A stretch of 64,000 nucleotides of DNA. Origin: the human T2T-CHM13v2.0 reference genome, Homo sapiens. The notes beneath the pieces were generated by a model. The model was not told where the DNA came from, did not search any database, and worked only from the letters and a program-made list of their open reading frames with translations. The stretch lies in assembly GCF_009914755.1 (NCBI RefSeq), contig NC_060936.1; one strand, 5' to 3'. Shown piece after piece: positions 54,221-64,000 of the stretch. How positions within the stretch are numbered: position 1 is the first letter of the stretch; each line of letters opens with the position of its first letter. The translations under genes were made by a program, and so were the position numbers.

Positions 54221-54894
54221 AATGTCCTGATCTGAATCTCTCTGTCCTTCTGCTTCTCTCCAAGCCTGAGTTGGCAACTCTGCCTTACCTAGTGGCAATG
54301 ACAAAACAGCATAGGAGTTAAGCCTGAGTTTTCGTTCTCCTAAGAATCTGGTTGACAAGGTATGTGCTAAAGAGGTAGGGGTAGCTTATAGAGTTTGTAG
54401 AAAAGGGGGGATGGAGAGGAGGAAAACCCAGTACAGATTTTGAGCCTTTCTGAGTGAATATTCAGCTCCTTTTCTCCAGGTACACTCATTCCATCATTTC
54501 ATCTCTGGCACTGTGCCAGCATGGTTCCAGGGCCAGGGGTGACTCTGGCTACCTGGCATGAACAGTGCCCCACTTTTCCCATCTGTGACTTTTTCTGTCT
54601 TCTGCCTTGAATCAGATATGCCCCAGGTGCCAGGGAAAGAGGAGTATGTGCTTGATGGTCTGTCAAGTCAGGTAGAAAGAAAATTAACATCTCTAACAGT
54701 GAGTGATTGAGATGGAGTATTTTCCAGGAGCTAGAATATTATGTGTGTGTGTGTGCATATCTCCTGGAAAAACAGAGAGGAGGAGACGCTCCTGTAGCCT
54801 CAAGAGAGCTCAGTTTGGTAGTGAAGACAGCAGATGTATGGGCCCATTACTATTAGCGGGGCAAGTTCTTAGGGGTGTGAGAACCAAGAGAACG

Positions 54895-55130
54895 GTTGAT
54901 TGGTGGAAAGAGCACAGGATTTGGAGTTCTGAAGAGCACGTTGAGCTTTGTCTTTTCCTTGCTGGCTCACTTGGGCAAGTTCCTTAAACTCCAAGCTTTA
55001 GTTTCAGTTTTATAATGTGGGTAGTCCATTTTTACCTCGGCCTCATTGAAAGAATTAATTAGACACTCAGAGTGCAGGCTTGATACAGGCCTCTTCCAGG
55101 GCCTGGGATGTATTAATTGCTGGTGCTCCC
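54895..55130 (+). mobile_element. MIR
   Basis: gtggaaagagcacaggatttggagt...cttgggcaagttccttaaactccaagctttagtttc. Confidence 0.65.
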
Positions 55131-55209
55131 TCAGTGGCAGCCTTGATATGCACACCTAGGAATATATACATATGCGTTTGTATATGTGTGTATGGGTTTT
55201 AAAAGTCCG

Positions 55210-55775
55210 TCCTTCATTCATCAAATATTTATCGTGTATCTGTTCTAGGTGTCAGGGAGTTAGCAATAAATAAAACAGGCCTGAATCCCTGCCCACGGGG
55301 AGCTTACAATCTAGTAGAGAGACAATGAATAAAATAAGTTAAACACACTTTGTTGGGTGGCAGTAGGGGCTGTGGAGAAAGGTAAAGCAGGGGAATGGGG
55401 TGTGAGTGGAGGTTTACTTTTAAATAAGACGATGAGGGAAGGCCTCCGCAGGGGATGCCTGAGCACCATCTATGGGAATGAGGGGGTCAGCAGGGTAGAC
55501 TGACATTCGAGAGGAACGCATTCCAGGCAGAGGGAATTGCAGTTACAGACACTGACAGACGAACGGCCTGGCAGGCTCAAGGGCGAGGGAGCGGCATGAG
55601 CAGGGTGGGCGCTGGTTGCAGGTGAGGGGTCCCGAGGCGGGCGGAGCAGGGCGTTGCAGGCCACGGTGAGCACGGCAGCTTTTGCCCGGAAGGAGGCCAG
55701 AGCCATTGCAGATTTTGAGCGGGTGTGGCGTGGTCTGACGCGGGCTATCCCAGGTGAGCATGGCTGCTGTATGGG
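55210..55775 (-). mobile_element. L2 fragment running into the CpG island, possibly resuming at about 55960-56060
   Basis: ttcattcatcaaatatttat...ggagcttacaatctag...gcattccaggcagagggaattgca...gagccattgcagattttgagc...tggctgctgtatgg, colinear with the L2 copies at 1680-2290 and 46555-47340. Confidence 0.75.
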
Positions 55776-56450
55776 AGGTGACGAGGGGTCTGTCCTGTGT
55801 GCGCGCCCGCCTGGCTCCGCAGTAGCTCTGAGAACTGCCTTAAGCTCCGGCAGCGATTCCCTCAGGTTAGAGGCGGAAGGGGAAGAAGAGGGCTGGAGAG
55901 GTGTGGTTCTCGTGGTGGCGCGGCCCTCGCTGACTGTGCTCAGGATGTCCCCTCCCGGGGCTGCGACCTGGAGCCGCGGGCAGGCAGTGAGGGGCTGCTG
56001 CCGAGCTCCGCAGCCCGGGGGGCGGGCCTGGCGCGTCTAGCTCGCGGTCAGAGGTCGGGAAGGGCGCCATGGGTGTACGTGGGGACGGCGCCGGGCTGCG
56101 GCTGAGCCGCCAGGGCCTGCTGAGGGCAAGCGGGGCCTCTCGCCTTGGTGGCGCGCAAGGTGCCTTGTGAGGAGCAATGGCGGTCCCGGAAGGGGAGGCG
56201 GGGCCGAGCCTGGAAGCACAGTCAGCCCTCTGCCGGCGAGGAACTCTCAGTGCGACCCCTCAGGAAGAGACTGAGAACTTAAAAGCTGAGGGTAGAACCT
56301 GAGTGTCCAAAAGGCTAAGAGGAGAACAGAAGGGAATGCTGGCTGAGGTTACACAGCACCCATCGTGACCCTCGACGGCCTCAGTAGCTGGCCGTCCCCG
56401 CCCTGCTGACCGGGCTCTTCCCGCGCCTGATCACTAACGGTGGGAGGCCT
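55550..56450. promoter_or_regulatory. CpG island (candidate promoter/enhancer)
   Basis: About 55 CpGs in 55561-56220 by hand count, GC-rich, with GC boxes near 56019 and 56195. The only such island in the window. Confidence 0.8.
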
Positions 56451-56569
56451 GGGCCTTCTGGAGAAAAGAGGCTAGAATCTTCCATCTTGGGTTGTGCGGG
56501 ACTTTATTCCACTGTCAGTCACAAAGCCATAAATACATTTCTCCAAGACAAGAAAAGAGTAACAGCAGC

Positions 56570-56770
56570 TAACCCTTCTCCGGTGCTTATTTTGCACAAG
56601 GTCCTGTTCTGAGTGCTTGGTTTGTACTAACTCCTTTAATCTTAAAGAATGATCTGGTGAGGTGGGTCGTATTATTATCCCGATTTTGCAGAGGAGGAAA
56701 CCAAAGAAGGACTTGGCCCAAAGACCCTTGCTAACAGGTGTTGGGACATTATCCAAACGCATGCTTCTGA
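56570..56770 (-). mobile_element. MIR
   Basis: aactcctttaatctt...attattatcccgattttgcagaggaggaaacc. Confidence 0.7.
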
Positions 56771-56939
56771 CTTTGTCAATCTCTTAATTTCTTATTTGCC
56801 ACGCGGACTATTGGGAGGGAGTTTTTGGAAATAACATATACAGATACGCACAAAGGTCAGAAAGGGAAAATAAAAACCGGCTTAAGCCCCTTTCTTCCCA
56901 TATCCATGTGAGCACCTGCCAGGCAGCTGGTGACTGGCA

Positions 56940-57130
56940 ATTTTCACTTCTTATTTTATGTTATAATTTATTGATGTATATGTCATCCCTCTTCCTAAGG
57001 CTGGAGACTCATGAGGCCAGAGTCCATGTGCAATCCATTTTTATATTCACCATAGTATCTAAGCCAGTGCTTTTAACATAATAGGTGCTCAGTAAATACT
57101 AAATCATTTCTAACGTTAAATGGATGCATG
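56940..57130 (+). mobile_element. L2 3' end
   Basis: ctcatgaggccagagtccatgt...acataataggtgctcagtaaata. Confidence 0.7.
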
Positions 57131-57719
57131 TGGTAACCAGCTCTCACTTAAGCCATTCCGTTCTGAAAACAATGAGAATGAGAACCTTTAAATATGTGAA
57201 TCATAACACAGTTACAGCTGCATAATGTTTTTATGGTTTTCAAAATGCTTCCGCACAGTTTATCTTGTTTCGTCTTCCTGCTAACCCTTTTGAGAGTGGG
57301 AGGCACGCATTACTTAATTATAAGAAAATGAGAAAACTGAAGGCAGAGACAACAAATGAGCTATCCAAGATCACAAATGGGTTTTGTTTCTGTTTCTGAT
57401 TTTGTTTTTAAAATCAGAGCGGAGATCAGAACCATCATCTCCTGGTCTTCCTATTTTGCAAGCAGCGCCCGGTACACACCTGTTGGATACACAGCTTGAA
57501 CACAGGACCTAATTGTTCGCTAGGCATGAACAACAGGGTGTTTTGACTCCTGCAAGCTGCTAACAGTCTTGCACAGTGCTAGACTGTGCACTAGCACTAT
57601 CTAGAATGTGATCCTTTGACCGGTAGGCAGGTTATCACTTACCAGTTTTTGGCAAGATCAGGAGCTTGTGACAGAATGTAAATCAGCTGTGTCTATAAAC
57701 ACACTGCTTAGTTTGTCTT

Positions 57720-58910
57720 TTTATTTTTTTTTACATTTTATTTTGAAATAATTTTAGGCTTAAAGTAGAAGAATAGTGTAGAGTTCCCATAAACCCTTTG
57801 GGAACTTCCTCTAATGTTAATATCTTGCATGACCATAATATAGTGATTAAAACTGAGAAACTGACATGGGTATAATACTTTTAACAAACTTCAGACTTCA
57901 TTTTGATCTTACGAGTTTCTCCACTTCAGTCCTTTTTTTCTGGTGCAGATCCAATCCAAGATCCCACATGACATTTAGTCATCGTGTCTCCTTTGTCTCA
58001 TCCAAGTGGTGGTAGTTCTCAGTCTTTCCTTGTTTTTTTTTTTTTTTTTTTTTTTTGTTTGTTTGTTTGTTTGTTTTTAATGACTTTGACACTTTTGAAG
58101 AATCCGGGTCAGTTATCATGTAGAATGTCTCTTAATCTGGGTTTGTCTGATGTTTACTCATGATTAGATGGAGGGTATGCATTTGTTGCATACTAAATGC
58201 ATACTTCTGAATATCACAGAAGTGATGTTCCCTTCACAATGTGTCCTATCAAAGGGTAAAGGATGTTGATGTCTTTCTACTGGTGCTGTTAACCTTCATC
58301 ACTTGGTGAAGGTGGTGTCTTTTGAGTTTCTTCACTATAAAGCTGCTATTTCCCCACTTCTAATAAGTATCCTGGGGGAGATATTTTGAGACTATGCAAA
58401 TATCATGCTTTTTGTCAAGCTTTTGCCCATAGTTTTAGCATTCCCTGGTACATCTTGTTTACAACAGTTATTATGTTTGGCTAATTATGATTTTTCTATT
58501 GTCCTTTTTGCCTCCATATTTATTAACTAGACTTCTCCCATTAAGGAAAAACTGTCCCTTCTTCCCCAGTTATTTATTTATTTAGTCATTAATTTATACC
58601 AGTATCATGTTTATTTATTTTATTCTATGAGTAATAATCCACTACTACTGTTAATTTATTTTCTTGCTCAAATTGTTTTAGCTTTGGCCATTGGGAGCGC
58701 TTTCTGGTTGGCTTCTGTGCCTCTTGACATACCCCCAACCTTTCTCAAGTGTTTTCTTGCTTTGGGACCACAAGATATTCCAGGCACATCTTTTATTTCC
58801 CCCTCAGCCCTAGAATCAACTGTTACTCCAAGGAGTACTGATTCGTTTTATTGGAGAGTGGTAGTATGTGAAAACCAAGACCTGGGCACTAGGTGTGCTC
58901 ATTCCTATCA
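57720..58910 (-). mobile_element. L1MC-type 3' fragment, about 1.2 kb, with internal T24(GTTT)n tract
   Basis: ttttattttgaaataatttt...gatccaatccaagatcccacatgacatttagtcatc...ttgagactatgcaaatatc...gctttggccattgggagc...gaaaaccaagacctgggcactaggtgtgctcatt. Confidence 0.8.
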
Positions 58911-61669
58911 GCTTGTGTTTATATGGAGACTCTCCTGATGAAGGAAGTAGTGTGTTGATTCACATTTTGGTGCTAGCTTCCTATCTCATCATATCAGGAC
59001 CAGTTCGTGACTCTCCCACTTTGAGTCTCAGTGATCTTTAAGTTCTGTTGTGTCACCGTGTCCATGTGACTCATCTGGGGGTAATTTCAAATTCTATTGA
59101 ATTAAAGTTATGAATCAGTGTTATCCTTTCACTCATTCATTAAGTCAATATGTCTTGCATGTACACTGTGTGTTGGGCCTTGTGATAGGCACTGGGTTTA
59201 CATTAGTGAGTAAAATTCTGCCTTTAACAAGTTTATACTATAGTTTCTTTGATGGCGTCTAGGAGACATTACTCCTTTTCTTGGTTCTGTATATTATCAG
59301 AACTCATCTCAGATTGTTCAGCATTCTAAAATCATGTAAGTTCAGCCTAGGGAATTTTAAATTTTGATTTTAGATTCAGAGGTTGTTGGAATATGAAGAT
59401 ACCATTCCCTGTCCCAGTAGCTCCTGGGGCCATTAAAAACCTTTGCCCATGCCTTGTTTCTGATACATAGATGGTTGACTTCTTCAGATGCAAGGAGGCT
59501 GAAGATATATACTTTGACTTGATAAGACCTCTGAAGTCTTAGCTGCTCCCTCTAACCAATACTCTCTGGTCAGTGCTTCCCTCTCCTATGGGGTTGGGGT
59601 ATAGGGGAGGCATCCTCCTCTTCAAACCACTCTCAGACCCCAAAAGGATCCCTTCAGCAAAGATTCTCTTGCTTGACTTTCCTCCACCTACAAGTCAAGT
59701 TGGATCTGGGTTCAGCTTCAAGGGGGTCGAAAGTGAGGTCAGTTAAGGTCATTTGGATGGGCATGATCCTTACTCCCAGGTCCACCCTTCCCACTTGATT
59801 TAATACAATCTGGCATTATTCCAACACTTCTCCCTTTGGCTGTTTATTAGCATTTCCTTTAACTTTTTGAGCATAAATGGAATAAGAATCACTTTCACGG
59901 CCCAGAAAGGTGTCTCCAGCAAGGAGTGTTCTGCTGGACGATGCAGCCTTTTCAAACGAGTCAGTTAGCTGGAAGTGTCCCGTGTCTCCTTTTCTTTTGG
60001 AAAAGATGGGAGTGCTGAAAACTCATGCTGAGGCTGGTTCTCTGTTTCTATTGGTTCCTTTCTGGCATGTGTTAAATTATGTCTTTTGTGTTCTGAACAA
60101 ATATGTGTTCTCAGCATGCAAAATATGCACACAATGGCTGACCGATTGCCTGTTCTTGAGAGGAAGGGAACACTCAAGCTGTGGTGAGTTGATTGCCAGG
60201 CACTCTGTGGTCAAAAATGTGAGGGCACCATGGGTCACCTGCATGTGCCTTGAAAAGTAATGTAGGGTCTAGGCACCTGAGCATCTGTTCGTCAGGTGTG
60301 CCGAAGATACTGCCAGAGATGGGCTCCTGTATGCAGGCTCCTCAACAGCCTGGAGCGTTCGCCCCAGCTTTGAGCCTGGTGTAGGGCCAGGGGCCAGATT
60401 GTGGAAATGAGTCTTTAGTGCCTCCCTCCATTTTTATGTTGGTGTTTTTCACAAAAATTTTCTGTGTGTGTGTGTGTATTTTAATATATGAAATCCGGTT
60501 TAGAGAACAGCCTCGTATGTCCCATCCTGCTTGTAATGCAGTGATCTGCCCTTGAGAATTTTAAATTAGCTGACCTACATAGCTTAACTATTTCAATTAA
60601 AAGTAACAGGCAGTATAGATTGGCAAGAGGTGGAGGAGAGGGAGGGGAAGATCCCTCCCAGGAGCTTTGGTTCAGACAAAACAATAGAAGTGACGAGCGA
60701 TTCTGGGAAGAAGGCATGACTGATAGTTGTCATGGAAGCTCTGACACCCTTTCCATGGGTGAGGTTCTCACAAAGGTGGCTTCTGGATATCCGCCTGCTA
60801 TGAACACATAGCCTTTGTGGGATGGTGCCAAGCAAACTCTCTTCAAGGGAAGGATTCAGGCAGCATTATTCCTTGCTCTTCTGCACATCCGCTCTTCCAT
60901 TTCCAGTGTCTCTATACGTGGCTCTCTGAGGGCCAGTGTTCTCCCAGCCCCTTCGGCCTGCTCCCGGGGGAATACCTGGAGAGTAAACACTGTCTGTGGT
61001 ACAGGGGGGCCATTCTTCCTCCCTTTCCATTTCTTCTCTACTGTTCAGAATTCTGATTCCACAGAAATGCCTAATTAACTCAGTTGCTCTGCAATGACAA
61101 GCTAACATCTGGAGCTACCAAGTCAGGAAAGCCATTCAGCCGGGGTCCAACACAGATTTTCTCCCCTCTGCACCCAGCTCAGCTGCTGGGCACTGCACCA
61201 ACCCTGATGTGGCAGGACGAGGATGCCAAGGGCTGGAGCAACCCAAGGCTAATTTTTTTTCACCCAGAAAATCATGGGTTAGATATTTTTAAATTGCTGG
61301 CTTATTTTGCAGCATTTTTATTATTTCTGGTAGATGAGGAGATCTTGCCATCACTAGGGGTCCATCTCTCCCACATGCTGCCTTGCAGTGCTTCTCTACG
61401 TAGACCATCTCTGGGTGATGCCGGTTTACCCAGGGATGGGATGGGGTGCAGTGTATTACGCTTCAGGTTGTATTTGTGGCCCCCTTGGGAATCAGTTGCA
61501 AAGCAGGGCCGTGTCTGATGTGATGGCCAGGACAAAGGTCTGAATGACTAACAAAGAAGCTGTCTCTGGCAGGCAGGTAGGAGCAGTCCGGTGCACCAGA
61601 GCTGTGGAATGACTCCCAGGTTCCATTTTTCACTTCCACTTTGCATCCATCCTCCCATCTGCCTGCCCA

Positions 61670-61880
61670 CTGTGTACAGTGCTTACTACATGCCTTACCT
61701 AGTCTAAGTGCTTTACATAAATGAATTCATTTGACGTTCACAGGACATCACAGATAGGCATTACCATTGTCCCTGTTTTATAAATGAGAATACTGAATCA
61801 TTGAAAGGTTAATAATTTTGCTTATGGACATTTGCTTCTGGAGCTGGACCAGGCAGTTTGGCTTCAGAGTCCACTTGGCT
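61670..61880 (-). mobile_element. MIR
   Basis: ctaagtgctttacataaatgaattcatttga...gtccctgttttataaatgagaatactga. Confidence 0.7.
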
Positions 61881-61964
61881 CTATCAAAGTCTTGCTATCA
61901 ATTACATAAGTTCCATTCCATCTCAGCCCGAAGTGTTTTCAGAGCCGGAGACCTCACAGTGTCT

Positions 61965-62142
61965 CTCAGGACAGTACCTTTCAGGTTTGAATGTGCCCAA
62001 GAGCCATCTGGGGATCCTGGTAAAATGCACATCCTGATTCAGCAGGTTCGGGTTGGGGCCTGAGAATCTCAGGTCCAGCAAGCTCCCAGGTAATGTCAGT
62101 GTGACTGATTGCTGGTCCACACATTGAGCAGCAGTGCTGTAG
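61965..62142. mobile_element. MER5A-family MITE
   Basis: taaaatgcacatcctgattcagcaggttcgggttggggcctgagaatct...caagctcccaggtaatg...gctggtccacacattgagcagca. Confidence 0.8.
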
Positions 62143-64000
62143 TAGACTACTATCATGCCTGTGTACTAATTTCACTGTCAGATTGGAGTTAACTGCATTT
62201 GGATAGGGAGCTCTTTCAGCAATAGAATAATACCAGTAAGAATTTTTAATGAGTGATCAACTATAGTAGCAGTTAGTAATCAATTTTTTGTTTAAAAACT
62301 AAGTTTCCTAGGACTCTAATGGAAAATGGAAAGGTTATGTCCCCCTTTTTCGTATCTTTGCCAAGGGTCTTTCCTTTGTTGCTGGGTTTAACTTGGCACT
62401 TCTAGGCTACTTTAGTCCTAACTTTTCTCAGTTACCATTATATGCAGTTCTCCCAGCCACACCCCAGCAGTGTGCAAGGGATCAGACACAAGGTTGAATC
62501 CATCACAAAAGCAGAATCACCATGGCAACTGCATCCTTTGATTCTTGAGTGTGCCCAGCAACCTGAGCAGAGGCGATAGTTGAAGTGAACCAAGTTCTCC
62601 TGAGAAATGGAGGGGAGTGGTGCCGGGCCCACACTAGGCTGTGGTATCTTCCTCCCTACAGTGAGGGGCTTCTGTTTACTCTGAAGACTCCAGACACTCA
62701 AAATCTCCTCCCCTCCCTCCAGTCCTGCAGTTAGCCTCCAGGGGTTTCTGGTCCTAAACTTCCACCACCATGAGATTACTACAATGCCTTGTGATACTCT
62801 TGTTCTTCTGGTTTGAGTTTTGGTAGATAAGCACATCTGAGTCTTGCTGTGTTAATGTGTCTGTATTTTGGTGTATCTGCTTGCTTGTCGTGTGGGGCAT
62901 ATGCCAAGTCCAGTAGTGGATGGGCTGGGGAAGACCAGACCTTATCACATGGTGCCCTTGGGGGGAAATCTTAATTCCAATGTGTGAAACCAGTGAAAGT
63001 ATGATTTTCTGGGTCAATTTTAAAAATATACGTTCAAGCAAAAAGCAACCTGTTATCTCTTCTCTTTCTGCCTCTGCACACAGCAGCCTCCATTGCCTAG
63101 GGTATGATAGTGTGGGTTCACTTTGTCCATCTCATTTGGATGACATCAGCGAAGATGCATTCTGTATCTCTCCACTGAGGCCTGTGACAGGACCTAATGT
63201 TTTGTGGAGCTGAGAGAAAATAAACCAAAATGACCCAATGGAATATAAATGCTGATTTCTGTTCCTGTTGTTTGACAGAAAGGAAGTAATGAACTAAGAT
63301 GCAGTAGCCTGGCCACGTGATGTCTTGACAGGCAGCTTTCAGATTTGGAGATGCTTCAGAGTGTTGTATTGAGTCTCTGGGAAGACCCTAAGCACTCAAT
63401 TCCTAGTGGTCAATGGTTGGCCTGTTTTGAGACATAACCAGTTGGAAGGAAGGATGGGCCTTTCTGCTCCCTATGATGTTGCCTTAAAAAGACATTTCCT
63501 GGGAAGAACTGGGCAGATGGTGGCTTTAATCTCACTAGCCTTGTTCTTCATTTTTATATCCAAGCTTCAAAAAACCAGCATTAGCCAACAGCACTGTTTT
63601 TACTGCTAAGCAAAACTTCAGGAAAGAGCATCCTTCGATAGAACATTAATTAACAAATGTGCCGTCAGTCCAAATGAAGACCTGTGCTGCTCCCTCTGCC
63701 CTCCCTAGCTCCACCTTTATTTACGTACCCAAAACATTTCCAGTGGTATCAAGGCGACAATGATAGGTTTTAGTATTGAAGACCTAACATTAATAAATGC
63801 AGTTTTGATTGCTGTTCCTATCTGTATGTTCTTTAAGGAGGTTTGTTTAAAAGCCAAACAATCCCACGGGTGGCAGAGACTCTTTGTTCTAGCCTTCGTC
63901 GTCAAAACAGACAGAATCAGGTTTGGGAGCAAGGCTTCTACACAGGAGCCTGGAAAACTATTATGCAGAAGAAGCATTTTTTGTTCCCCTGAGTAACCAA

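Overview
Primate (human or great-ape type) non-coding genomic DNA, most likely intronic or intergenic. The primate assignment rests on Alu elements, including an AluY, and an L1PA2-like insertion. I find no credible host protein-coding exon, tRNA, rRNA or CRISPR array, and I cannot name the locus. The long ORFs in the track come from low-complexity tracts, Alus or L1 ORF2 remnants, or have no supporting signal. The window is a mosaic of repeats: eight Alu-family copies, a 5'-inverted (twin-primed) L1PA2, old L1M pieces, many L2 and MIR copies, an L3/CR1 relic, MLT1 LTRs, two Tigger2a MITEs, MER20 and MER5. Repeat family names come from my recollection of consensus sequences, not from a database run. 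I cannot support a wholly new biological system. The best leads are: (1) a CpG island at about 55.55-56.45 kb built partly on an ancient L2, (2) a 166-bp, ~90% identical inverted duplication of L3-like sequence able to form a long hairpin, (3) a 23-bp minisatellite that arrays T-box half-sites, (4) an AluY with mismatched flanks that may mark an Alu-Alu deletion, and (5) several enhancer-like motif clusters.
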